Part shown: piece after piece, positions 1 through 11,240 of the stretch
Layout of the letters: each line of letters begins with the position of its first letter
How positions within the stretch are numbered: position 1 is the stretch's first letter
NCBI GenBank assembly: GCA_044224215.1
Contig: JBGAKX010000004.1
Span: forward strand, 7,709 to 71,708
Origin: Blastocatellia bacterium
Lineage (GTDB): Bacteria > Acidobacteriota > Blastocatellia > UBA7656 > JADIYM01
Direction of reading: 5' to 3'
Length of the DNA: 64,000 bases
Notes under the pieces: generated by a model
Database searches by the model: none
What the model was told of the DNA's origin: nothing
Seen by the model: only the letters and a program-made list of their open reading frames with translations
Made by a program: the position numbers and the translations under genes

Positions 1-81
1 CAGAACGGAGGCCGTGAACGGCACGAGAGCGGCGAGGGCAACGGCGAGCGCGATGCCGGCCGCCAGTACGCGCTGTTTCAT
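1..81 (-). CDS. N-terminus of a secreted/envelope protein (runs off the window edge)
   Basis: ATG at 81 reads MKQRVLAAGIALAVALAALVPFTASVL, a Sec-type signal peptide; a sigma70-like promoter lies upstream. Not in the ORF track. Confidence 0.65.
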   Translation of the reverse strand, partial: MKQRVLAAGIALAVALAALVPFTASVL

Positions 82-177
82 AAAGGATCCACAACTCCCT
101 GCAGAGGCAAAGTTTCCGAATAAGGCGGGCGGAGCGTTTGCTCCCGTGGCCAACATCGGCCCGCATGAAAGTCCCAA

Positions 178-206
178 AGTATACCAAAGGGTTCTGAACC
201 CGCCAA
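178..206 (-). promoter_or_regulatory. sigma70-type promoter for the gene at the left edge
   Basis: Minus strand TTGGCG-N17-TATACT. Confidence 0.5.
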
Positions 207-299
207 CCCTCGCGACTGCTGCAGATGGAACAATTTACATGAACGACGGCCGGGTGGGAGTCTTGCGGCTGAACGAATGCGGACTGGAGTGCAGATCTG

Positions 300-330
300 C
301 CACCCGCCACCTACCGGTGGCGGTACTGGG
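300..330 (+). repeat. REP-like palindrome, family A, copy 1
   Basis: CCACCCGCCACCTACCGGTGGCGGTACTGGG, identical over 31 nt to 40366-40396; 8-bp stem CCGCCACC/GGTGGCGG with a TACC loop. Confidence 0.85.
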
Positions 331-364
331 GCGCATTTGGCGCGGTGCCGGGATGATCGACGGC

Positions 365-404
365 TGATCCGCGTTCATCCGTTTCATTCGCGTAATCTGC
401 GGCC
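365..404 (-). repeat. Dispersed repeat, family B, downstream of clpC
   Basis: Reverse complement GGCCGCAGATTACGC-gaatgaaa-CGGATGAACGCG matches 7978-8017 in blocks of 15 and 12 identical nt. Confidence 0.75.
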
Positions 405-423
405 TGCCCGAAGGATCCGGCGC

Positions 424-2838
<2,415 letters not shown>

Positions 2839-2841
2839 TCC

Positions 2842-3591
2842 TCAACGTCCCCCGCTGCTCGTATCGCTCGATTGGACGGAAGCCCCGTTCTCGAGCAACT
2901 GCCCGTCCTCCAAATGAAACACCCTGTCGCAAAGAGCGGCCAGCCGTTCGTTGTGCGTAACGATGATAGAGGTCAGCCCTTCCGCGGCATGCACGGATTG
3001 TAGCATGCCATGGATGGATTCCCCGGTTCGGTGATCGAGGTTTCCAGTCGGTTCGTCTGCAAGGAGCACACGCGGCTTGTGAACCAGCGCACGGGCCAGT
3101 GCGACCCGTTGTGCCTCGCCGCCCGACAGCTCACCCGGACGGTGATCGAGCCTGCCGGCGAGACCAAGTCGTTCCAAGATGCCAACGGCGCGATCTTTCG
3201 AATCGCGCCGGCTATCGCCGCTGATCAGCAGCGGCATCATCGTGTTCTCAAGAGCTGTGAATTCGGGAAGCAGGTGGTGGAACTGGAAGACAAACCCGAT
3301 CTTCGTGTTCCGAAACCGCGCCAAGTCTACATCCCCCATTCTGGTGATGTCAAACTCGGCGACCGTGACGCTGCCGGACGTCGGGCGGTCCAAACCTCCC
3401 AGAATGTGAAGTAACGAAGACTTGCCCGCGCCGGACGGACCCACGATGGCGACCATCTCGCCCGTCCGAATCGTCAGCGCGAGGCCCTCGAACACGTGCA
3501 CCGCACGCTCGCCCGATCCGTAGACCTTGGTGAGCGCGTCCGTCGCGATCGCGATCGCGCCGACGGACGTGTTCGACGCGACGTTACTCAT
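2842..3591 (-). CDS. lolD: Lipoprotein-releasing ABC transporter ATP-binding protein LolD
   Basis: [32 protein letters not shown]; overlaps the lolE-like permease. Confidence 0.88.
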   Translation of the reverse strand: MSNVASNTSVGAIAIATDALTKVYGSGERAVHVFEGLALTIRTGEMVAIVGPSGAGKSSLLHILGGLDRPTSGSVTVAEFDITRMGDVDLARFRNTKIGFVFQFHHLLPEFTALENTMMPLLISGDSRRDSKDRAVGILERLGLAGRLDHRPGELSGGEAQRVALARALVHKPRVLLADEPTGNLDHRTGESIHGMLQSVHAAEGLTSIIVTHNERLAALCDRVFHLEDGQLLENGASVQSSDTSSGGR

Positions 3592-4828
3592 ACCTGAGCG
3601 CCTCGACGGGATCGAGCCGTGCTGCCGACCGCGCCGGATAGATCGTCGACAGGAGGCTGATCACGACCGTCGCAACCGCCACAACGGCGACGTCGAACGG
3701 CCGGACATGAAAGCTGACGTGGCTGATCGAATAGACGTCCGCAGGAAGCCGGATCACCTCGTATGCATTGAAATAGATAGCGAGACCGACGCCGAGGATC
3801 GAACCGACGATCGCGCCGACCACGCCGATGGCGAGACCCTGGTACACAAAGATCCTCAGGACCATCGCGTCGCTCGCGCCCATCGACTTCAGGATGCCGA
3901 TGTCCGCGGTCTTCTCCATCACCATCATCGTGAGCAGCGTGATGATGTTGAGCGCGGCGATCGTTACGACGACGACCAGTACGATGAAGAACCCGAGGCG
4001 CTCGAGCGCGAGCGCGGCGTAGAGCGGTTCGTTCAATTCCTGCCAGTCGCGTGTCGTGTAGTCGTCGCCGGCAACCGCCACGACCTCCTTGCCGATCTCC
4101 TTCACCGCATAGATGTCGTCGACCTGTATCTGCACGACCTGCACGACTTCGACGTTTCCGGTGAGCCGCGCGTCGGCATCGAGCGACACATACGCCCACC
4201 GCGAGTCGTAGTCGTACAGACCCGACTCGAAGATCCCGACGACGCGAAAGTCTCGCGATCGCGGCACTATGATGTCGCCGAGCGCCTGCGGGCTCGGCGC
4301 GACGACCGTCGCAATGTCTCCGAGACGCAAGCCCGCTTCGGTGGCGAGCTCCCGGCCGACGACGAGCCCGTCGATCGGCTCGCCGTTTGCGCCGAGGCTC
4401 TGTTCTGCCAGGCGCGCCGGATCGCCCTCGACCGTCATCCGGTAGACCTCGTTCGAGCGGTCGCTCGTGGACGTGTCGACGCCCTTCAGGATCGCGCCGG
4501 CGGCCGCCTCGCGGCCCTGGATCAGGACTGTCTGGTAGAGCGTCGGCGTCGCGCTGCGGACGCTTGGGACGGTTGAGACCCGCTTGATCAGCTCGCCTGC
4601 GTTGCGGATGGGAAGCCCGTCGCGGCGGACGACGTTCAGATGCGCGGTTCCGGCGAGGATCTTGGACTGCATGTCCTCGCGAAAGCCCGTCATCAACGCC
4701 ATGACGAGCACGAGCGCCGCGACACCGACGGCGACCGCTCCGACAGCGATCGCCGTGATGATCGAGAGCATGACCTGCTTGCGCCGCGACCGCAGGTAGC
4801 GGATCGCTACGAAAAGCTCAACTGGCAC
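3584..4828 (-). CDS. lolE: Lipoprotein-releasing ABC transporter permease LolC/E
   Basis: ELFVAIRYLR start, LMTGFREDMQSKI, DWQELNEPLYAALALE, MEKTADIGILKSMGAS, LPADVYSISHV; GTG start. Confidence 0.88.
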   Translation of the reverse strand: MPVELFVAIRYLRSRRKQVMLSIITAIAVGAVAVGVAALVLVMALMTGFREDMQSKILAGTAHLNVVRRDGLPIRNAGELIKRVSTVPSVRSATPTLYQTVLIQGREAAAGAILKGVDTSTSDRSNEVYRMTVEGDPARLAEQSLGANGEPIDGLVVGRELATEAGLRLGDIATVVAPSPQALGDIIVPRSRDFRVVGIFESGLYDYDSRWAYVSLDADARLTGNVEVVQVVQIQVDDIYAVKEIGKEVVAVAGDDYTTRDWQELNEPLYAALALERLGFFIVLVVVVTIAALNIITLLTMMVMEKTADIGILKSMGASDAMVLRIFVYQGLAIGVVGAIVGSILGVGLAIYFNAYEVIRLPADVYSISHVSFHVRPFDVAVVAVATVVISLLSTIYPARSAARLDPVEALRYE

Positions 4829-4909
4829 CGGGCAAGGATACCACTAGCCCTTCCGTACAATGCAGCACGGCGCGGGATGTCGCCCCGCGTCCGGCAGGGG
4901 CGAACCGGA

Positions 4910-5365
4910 CTACTCGGCCCGGCGCAACTCGGGGTGTTCGTTGAGGTTTCGCACGAACGCGACGTCGAGATCGGCGCTCGGGAAGAACATCGTCGACTCG
5001 GCGCGATCGATCGTTCGCGGCTCGATGCGCAGGTGGAGCAGCCGGTCGGCAAGCGACGCCTTCACGAACGAGAGGAACGACGGGTCGATCTCGGCGAGAA
5101 ACGCCTGGAACGTCGCCGCGTGCTTTGTCGCCACGAGCTTCGGATCCACGGTGACCGACGTGTAACTCCGCGAGTCGCCGTCCTCGTAAACGAGCGTGAC
5201 CGAGACCCTGCCGGTCGTCGTGTCGGGCAGCGCGACGAACTGCAGCCGCTGGTTGCCCTCCTGGTATGAATCGAGCTCGGGGATGGCCGCGGGACGAGCA
5301 TTGGCGATCGTCGAGACGCCAAGCGTCGCAATCACGAGTGCAAAAACAAATGCCAGATTCTTCAC
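4910..5365 (-). CDS. Hypothetical secreted protein (151 aa)
   Basis: GTG at 5365 gives MKNLAFVFALVIATLGVSTIANA (signal peptide, A-N-A cleavage site); GC3-rich codons in the body. Confidence 0.65.
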   Translation of the reverse strand: MKNLAFVFALVIATLGVSTIANARPAAIPELDSYQEGNQRLQFVALPDTTTGRVSVTLVYEDGDSRSYTSVTVDPKLVATKHAATFQAFLAEIDPSFLSFVKASLADRLLHLRIEPRTIDRAESTMFFPSADLDVAFVRNLNEHPELRRAE

Positions 5366-5539
5366 GATGTAGTGCCTTGAGGTGGTATGAGTTCTTCCGC
5401 GTGTCGGTGGAAGACGCGCTTTATACACGACGAGCCGCCAATTGCGGTCATTGTGAAATTGTTGCGGAGCGGCCGCCGAACTCCGTGTTTGCTGCAACCC
5501 ATTGAAACTGAACGGCTCGACCGCTCGTAAACAACCGGC

Positions 5540-7972
5540 ATGAAGCACATCACGCGTCTTTTCCTCGTCGCACTCGCGGCGGTTGTTGCCGCCGCACCCG
5601 TCCCTGGAATGCCGCTCCAGACGGCAGCCGCGCAGCCCGCGTCACAGGCGCCCGATCTTGCAACGCGACTCGCCGCGATCGAGAAGGCGATCGACGCCAA
5701 GCGGATCGAGTTGGGGATTCCCGGCGCGTCGCTCGTCATCGTCAAGGACGACAAGGTGGTCTTCCAGAAGGGCTTCGGGTTGCGGGACGTCGACCGGAAG
5801 CTGCCCGTGACGACCGACACGCTGTTTGCCATCGGCTCGTCGACCAAGGCGTTCACTGCGATGTCGGTGGTGATGGCCGCCGACGATGGCAAGCTCTCGC
5901 TCGACGACTCGCCCTCCAAGTACCTGCCGTACTTCACGATGGCTGATCCGGACGCCGCACAGAAGATCACGATTCGCGACCTGCTGTGCCACCGGTCGGG
6001 TCTGAACCGGACCGATCTCGCATGGGTCAGCGGGCAGCTCAACCGCGAAGAGATCATTCGCGTCGCTGGAAAGGCGAAGCCGACGGCGAAGCTCGGCGAG
6101 AAGTTTCAATACCAGAACGTCATGTTCATCGCGGCGGGCGAGATCGCAGCCAAGGTGGAAGGCACGAGCTACGAAGAGCTTATCGCGCGACGGATCTTCA
6201 AGCCGCTCGGGATGACCTCGTCGACGCTGTTCGTGAAGGAGATGCAGTCGCGGCCGGACCATTCGCTCGGTTACGAGTACAACTTTTCGACGAAGACGAC
6301 GCGCGAGCTCCCGACGCGCGTGCTGCAGGCAGTCGCTCCGGCGGGCGCGATCAACTCGAATGCTAAGGACATGGCCCAGTGGCTGCGTGTGATGCTGGGT
6401 GGCGGCGTGTTCGATGGCAAGCGGCTGGTGTCGGAGGCGGGCTACGCACAGCTCATTTCAAAGCAGATGGAGGTCACGCCGACCGTTGGCTACGGGCTCG
6501 GCTGGTTTCTGAGGACGTGGAACGGGCACAAGATCGTCGAGCACGGCGGCAACATCGACGGGTTCAACGCGGCTGTCGCGATGATGCCGGACGAACACGT
6601 CGGGTTCGTGTTACTGACGAATGTCACGGCGTCGTCGATCGGCGAGTTTGCGATGGCGACCGTGTGGAAGAACCTGGTCGGCACGCCGGATTCGGCCGCT
6701 GCCTCCGACGTCGCGGGTGCCGGCGGCGAGACGGTCGATCCGCAGCTCGAGGCTGGAACATACCTGTTTCGCGAAGCCGGTCTCGAGATGAGCATCACGT
6801 TCTCTGAGGGCAAGCTGACGATGACCGTTCCGGGGCAGCCGCCGTATCCGCTCGAACGGGTTTCGGGCAGGAGGTACAAGCTCGGTCTCCCCGCGCCCGA
6901 AGGGTTCTTTGCGACGTTCCGGCCCATCAAGGACAAGCCGGGAGAGACGGAGATCTATCTCGAACAGCCGCAGGGCAACTATGTGCTTCCGCGAAAGGCC
7001 GGGGAACAGGCCGCCGCACCAAAGGGTGAGATTTTTGACGAACTGACGGGCGTCTACGACGCCGAAGGCGCACAGGCCAAGGTTGAGATCTCCACCGCGA
7101 GCGGCAGTTCCGCGCTCGTCGTGCCGGGCCAACCTGCGTACCCGCTGAAACTGAAGGCAAAGGACGCGTATGTCTTTGTCGGGCTGCCCGATACCTACGA
7201 GCTCACCGTCAAGCGTGCTGCCGACGGCGCCGTGACCGGCTTTGCGCTGAAACAGCCAAACGGCACGTTCAACTTCACACGCGCCAAGGAGGCGGTGGTC
7301 GATCTGTCGGTCGACGAATTGTGGAAGCGGATCGTCGACGCCGCGGGCGGCGAGGCCGCGATCAGGAAGTATGCGTCATCGGCTTCCGAGATCGAGGTGG
7401 ACCTCGTCAACCAGGGCGTGACCGGTACGGGAACGACATGGGCAAAGGCGCCGGCGGCAACCGCCACGTCGATCACGCTGACGGCGTTCGGCAAGACGAT
7501 CGGAACGGTGCGCACCTATTTTGACGGCGCGGCTGGCGGCGAGGAGATTTCGTTCGCGCCGACGCAGACGTATTCGGGCCGACGGCTCGAAGACGAGCGG
7601 ATCGGCGCGACCTACTTCGAGATCCTGAACTGGAAGACGCTGTACAAGTCGGTGGTGATTCGCGGGAAGCAGAAGCTCGGCGACGAGGAGGCGTATGTCG
7701 TCGTCAAGACGCCCGAAAAGGCGAATCCGGTCACGGACTACTACTCGACAAAGGACTTTCGGTTACTTCGGCGCGATTCGATCGTGTGGAGCGACACCGC
7801 GAACACGGGGCTGCCAAGCACGTCGACGATGTCGGACTACCGGCAGGTCGAGGGCGTGTGGGTGCCGTTCATGATCACGACGAACAACATCGCGAACGGC
7901 GACATCGTGGTCCGGGTGAAGTCCATCAAGTTAGGCGCCGCGATCGACGATGCGGTGTTTCGGGCGAAGTGA
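5540..7972 (+). CDS. Serine hydrolase (class C beta-lactamase family) with duplicated accessory domains and a C-terminal LolA-like/DUF620-like domain
   Basis: Signal peptide; FAIGSSTK (SxxK), FQYQN (YxN), EHGG; PGQPPYPL/PGQPAYPL repeat; C-terminal DYRQVEGVWVPF. Confidence 0.88.
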   Translation: MKHITRLFLVALAAVVAAAPVPGMPLQTAAAQPASQAPDLATRLAAIEKAIDAKRIELGIPGASLVIVKDDKVVFQKGFGLRDVDRKLPVTTDTLFAIGSSTKAFTAMSVVMAADDGKLSLDDSPSKYLPYFTMADPDAAQKITIRDLLCHRSGLNRTDLAWVSGQLNREEIIRVAGKAKPTAKLGEKFQYQNVMFIAAGEIAAKVEGTSYEELIARRIFKPLGMTSSTLFVKEMQSRPDHSLGYEYNFSTKTTRELPTRVLQAVAPAGAINSNAKDMAQWLRVMLGGGVFDGKRLVSEAGYAQLISKQMEVTPTVGYGLGWFLRTWNGHKIVEHGGNIDGFNAAVAMMPDEHVGFVLLTNVTASSIGEFAMATVWKNLVGTPDSAAASDVAGAGGETVDPQLEAGTYLFREAGLEMSITFSEGKLTMTVPGQPPYPLERVSGRRYKLGLPAPEGFFATFRPIKDKPGETEIYLEQPQGNYVLPRKAGEQAAAPKGEIFDELTGVYDAEGAQAKVEISTASGSSALVVPGQPAYPLKLKAKDAYVFVGLPDTYELTVKRAADGAVTGFALKQPNGTFNFTRAKEAVVDLSVDELWKRIVDAAGGEAAIRKYASSASEIEVDLVNQGVTGTGTTWAKAPAATATSITLTAFGKTIGTVRTYFDGAAGGEEISFAPTQTYSGRRLEDERIGATYFEILNWKTLYKSVVIRGKQKLGDEEAYVVVKTPEKANPVTDYYSTKDFRLLRRDSIVWSDTANTGLPSTSTMSDYRQVEGVWVPFMITTNNIANGDIVVRVKSIKLGAAIDDAVFRAK

Positions 7973-7977
7973 AGACG

Positions 7978-8017
7978 GGCCGCAGATTACGCAGATCAAG
8001 CGGATGAACGCGAATCT
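7978..8017 (+). repeat. Dispersed repeat, family B, downstream of the serine hydrolase
   Basis: GGCCGCAGATTACGCAGATCAAGCGGATGAACGCGAATCT; homologous to the reverse complement of 365-404. Confidence 0.75.
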
Positions 8018-8086
8018 GATCGAGCTGGCGCGGAGACGGTTTGGCCCTCTGATAAACTTTGGCCCGTCGCGGCCGTAGAAGGGAGC

Positions 8087-8989
8087 GTGTCTGAGCGCGT
8101 GGAACGTGGGTGCACCATCGTCGTCGCAGCGCCGACGCCGTTCATGGCGAACGGCGCCGCCGATCTTGCGGGCCTGAAGTCCAACATCGCCCGCTGGGTC
8201 GAGGCCGGTGTCGACGGCGTGCTCGTTCTCGGCTCCACGGGAGAAGCGATCCATCTCGACGACTCCGAATCCGACCAGGTCATCGCGGCCGCGCGCGAGG
8301 CGCTCCCGGCCGATCGTGAGCTGTATGTCGGGACGGGCCGGTCGACAACCACGGCGACGATTCGTCAGTCGCTTCGTGCTGCCGAGCTCGGCGCGGACAT
8401 CGCGCTCGTGCTCACGCCTCATTACTACAAGCAGGACATGACGGACGCGGCACTCGGCCGCTTCTACACGGCGGTCGCCAACTCGTCGCGTGTTCCCGTC
8501 TATCTCTACAGCATGCCGGCGCTTACGGGCGTGTCGATCTCGGCCGGTCTCGCCGCCCAGCTTTCAAGCCATGCACGCATCGCCGGGTTGAAGGACAGCT
8601 CCGGAGACGTCGCCGGGCTGTTCGAGCGCGTGGAGGCGTGCCCGTCCGAATTCCGCATCGTCAGCGGAAGCGCTCGTGCCGTCTATCCCGCGCTCGCGGC
8701 GGGTGTTCGCGGCTCGATCCTCGCGATCGCGTGCGTCGCGCCTGAGATCGCCGTCGAGGCGCATCGCACCTGGGCGCACGGCGACGCCGATGCCTCGCGC
8801 CGCGCATCGGCAACGCTCGCGCGGCTGTCGGCCAGGCTCTCGCCCCTTGGAATACCAGGGCTCAAGGCGGCGATGACTGTTCGGGGATATGCTGGCGGCA
8901 TCTGCCGTCAACCGTTATCGTTCGATTTCAAGGCGATGCGCGATGTCGAGAGCGCCCTCGCCGAGGCCGGGCTCAGCGACCGTTCGTAA
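8087..8989 (+). CDS. Dihydrodipicolinate synthase (DapA/NanA/HOGA) family aldolase
   Basis: LGSTGE, LTPHYY, YLYSMP, Schiff-base lysine in AGLKDSSGD. Confidence 0.88.
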   Translation: MSERVERGCTIVVAAPTPFMANGAADLAGLKSNIARWVEAGVDGVLVLGSTGEAIHLDDSESDQVIAAAREALPADRELYVGTGRSTTTATIRQSLRAAELGADIALVLTPHYYKQDMTDAALGRFYTAVANSSRVPVYLYSMPALTGVSISAGLAAQLSSHARIAGLKDSSGDVAGLFERVEACPSEFRIVSGSARAVYPALAAGVRGSILAIACVAPEIAVEAHRTWAHGDADASRRASATLARLSARLSPLGIPGLKAAMTVRGYAGGICRQPLSFDFKAMRDVESALAEAGLSDRS

Positions 8990-8993
8990 TCCT

Positions 8994-10697
8994 ATGACCA
9001 CACCCACCGCAGGTTCGCCGGTCCAGCGGTTGCGGTCCGTGCCGTTCACGGCCGTGCCGCGCATGAGCGCGCTGTTTCGTGATTATCTCTATGCGCCGGA
9101 ACGGGTTGCGTCTTTCTACGACCATCCGTGGACCGGCGTCGACGGGCTGCGCGCGCTGGCGCCGAAGATCGCCGCGGCAGCGCTCCAGCGCGACCGGGTA
9201 GCCGACGTGCTCGCCGGGCAGAACCGCCGGTACGGCTCGTCCGTGCTTGCGCTCGAGCACGTCGAGATGCTGCGCCACCCCGAAAGTGTCGCGGTCGTCA
9301 CCGGCCAGCAGGCCGGATTGTTCGGCGGACCGTTGTTCACGATCTACAAGGCGCTCTCGGCGATACAGCTTGCCGCGCAGCTGCGCGAGCAGGGAACGCG
9401 CGCGGTCCCTGTGTTCTGGATCGCAAGCGAAGACCACGACTTTGAGGAGGTCAACCACGTCACGGTCGCGTCGCGCACGGGCCAGCTTGCGACCGTCCGG
9501 GTGGAACCGTGCGGCTACGCCCCCGATCAGCCTGTCGGAAACGTGGCACTGTGCGCCGAGATCGGCGAGAAGATCGACGAGTTCTTTGCCTCGCTGCCAT
9601 CGACGGTCTTTTCGGAGCAGTTGCGCGCGGACCTCGCGGCGTCGTATGCGCCGAATGTCGGCTTTGCCGAAGGATTCGCGCGGTTGATGGCCAGGCTGTT
9701 CGCTCCGTTCGGCGTCGTTCTCCTCGATCCGCTGGATCCCGACCTGAAGGCGCTCGCGTCGCCGACGTATGCGGCGGCGATCAGGCGCTCGCCGGAGATC
9801 GCGGACGCGCTCGTCGCGCGCAGTCGCGAGCTCGTTGAATCGGGCTACCACGCACAGGTCCACACGGCGCCCGACATGGTCTCGCTCTTCATCATGGAGG
9901 ACGAGCGGCGGCGCGCGATGATCCGTCGTGACGGGCGATTCGAGCTCAAGACGGGCGAGCGGTCGTATTCGACCGACGACCTGCTCCAGTTTGCCGAGGA
10001 CTGTCCGGGCTGTCTGAGCCCCAACGTGACGCTGCGCCCCGCGGTTCAGGACACGCTGCTGCCGACGGTCGCGTATGTTGGAGGTCCCGCGGAGGTTGCG
10101 TACTTTGCGCAGCTCCAGCCCGTCTACCATCTCGTCGACCGGCCGATGCCGGTCATCGTGCCGCGTGCGAGCGCGACGATCGTCGACCGCGAAAGCGCCA
10201 AGACGCTCGACCGGTTCCGGATCGGGTTTGAAGAGCTGTTCGAGGACGACGACGTCGTCATCCGGAAGATCGTCGAGCGTTCGGTCGACGAATCCACGGC
10301 CCACCTCTTTGACCGGACGGAGGGCGAGCTGCAGGCAAACCTGGAGCAGCTGCAGACCGCGCTCGCCGGTGTCGACGCGACACTGGTCAAGTCGCTCGAG
10401 CTCAGCCGCCGGAAGATGCTCTATCAGCTAGGAAAGCTCCGGACGAAGTTTGTCCACCGTGCCGCGGAGCACGACGCCGCGATCCGTGGACGCCTCGGGA
10501 GCCTGCAGGCGCACGTGCACCCGAATCACGGCCTGCAGGAGCGCAGCCTGAATGCATACACGTACCTCGTCATGACGGGGTATCGGCTGGTGGAGGATCT
10601 CGCGATGGCGGTCGATTCGGAACTGCGCGACCACCAGATCCTCGATCTGGGCGGCATCTCGTCACAGGTCTTCACCGCGTCGGACGATGGACGGTAG
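8994..10697 (+). CDS. bshC: Bacillithiol biosynthesis cysteine-adding enzyme BshC
   Basis: VVTGQQAGLFGGPLFTIYKALSAI, FWIASEDHDFEEV, SPNVTLRP, YVGGPAEVAYFAQL, LQER; ATG 4 nt after the dapA-like stop. Confidence 0.92.
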   Translation: MTTPTAGSPVQRLRSVPFTAVPRMSALFRDYLYAPERVASFYDHPWTGVDGLRALAPKIAAAALQRDRVADVLAGQNRRYGSSVLALEHVEMLRHPESVAVVTGQQAGLFGGPLFTIYKALSAIQLAAQLREQGTRAVPVFWIASEDHDFEEVNHVTVASRTGQLATVRVEPCGYAPDQPVGNVALCAEIGEKIDEFFASLPSTVFSEQLRADLAASYAPNVGFAEGFARLMARLFAPFGVVLLDPLDPDLKALASPTYAAAIRRSPEIADALVARSRELVESGYHAQVHTAPDMVSLFIMEDERRRAMIRRDGRFELKTGERSYSTDDLLQFAEDCPGCLSPNVTLRPAVQDTLLPTVAYVGGPAEVAYFAQLQPVYHLVDRPMPVIVPRASATIVDRESAKTLDRFRIGFEELFEDDDVVIRKIVERSVDESTAHLFDRTEGELQANLEQLQTALAGVDATLVKSLELSRRKMLYQLGKLRTKFVHRAAEHDAAIRGRLGSLQAHVHPNHGLQERSLNAYTYLVMTGYRLVEDLAMAVDSELRDHQILDLGGISSQVFTASDDGR

Positions 10698-11106
10698 CCA
10701 GAGCGCTCGAACGCGGGCGGCTTCGCACCTTGCAGTCGTCGCGGCGTTCGGCGCGACGGGTCTCGTCGCCGGCGTCACGGTCAAGCCGCTGTACGACTAC
10801 GCGTGGTCCCATCCGATGGTGATGCTGACCGGCGAGCTCCTGCTGCTGGGCGTATTTGCGGCGTCGTTGCGATATCGGGCGCTCCGGTGGCCCGCCGAGT
10901 GCGCGTTCTGGGTATTCGCAGGGATGACCGCGGGCCCGCTCGTGTACCGGGCCGCCGACGAGCTTCACGGACTTGCGACGGCGTGCGCCGTGCTGGGCGG
11001 CGCGCTGGTTCTGTCGGTGCTCGCGGTTCGCCGGCTGCCTGGGTCGAGGGCCGATGCCGGCGGGCCAGGCGAAGATGACGCCACGACCCCACAAGTCGAT
11101 TGTTGA
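10687..11106 (+). CDS. Hypothetical membrane protein (about 4 TM helices)
   Basis: Four hydrophobic segments; start overlaps the bshC stop. Confidence 0.6.
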   Translation: MDGSQSARTRAASHLAVVAAFGATGLVAGVTVKPLYDYAWSHPMVMLTGELLLLGVFAASLRYRALRWPAECAFWVFAGMTAGPLVYRAADELHGLATACAVLGGALVLSVLAVRRLPGSRADAGGPGEDDATTPQVDC

Positions 11107-11131
11107 CAACGGCTAGACCGGGTCTTAGACT
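11103..11131 (+). promoter_or_regulatory. sigma70 promoter of the transglycosylase-amidase operon
   Basis: TTGACA-N17-TAGACT. Confidence 0.7.
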
Positions 11132-11240
11132 TGTCCCGGTTTCTGACAATCCCGCGGTCGTCCCGGTTTGCTCGCATCCGCACGAGGGTGACGTGCTGCC
11201 GGGGTTTCGCTGCGCGGAAAGCAGCTACAGTGGAGGTTCC

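Noticed and set aside
82-177. Structured 5' leader (GCGGGC/GCCCGC and GGAGC/GCTCC stems) as a riboswitch
   Set aside because: I could not match it to any riboswitch consensus; short GC stems are common by chance. An Rfam scan would settle it.
5540-6700. Calling the serine hydrolase an antibiotic-resistance beta-lactamase
   Set aside because: The motifs are shared by many peptidases and esterases; the multi-domain layout argues against a classical AmpC.
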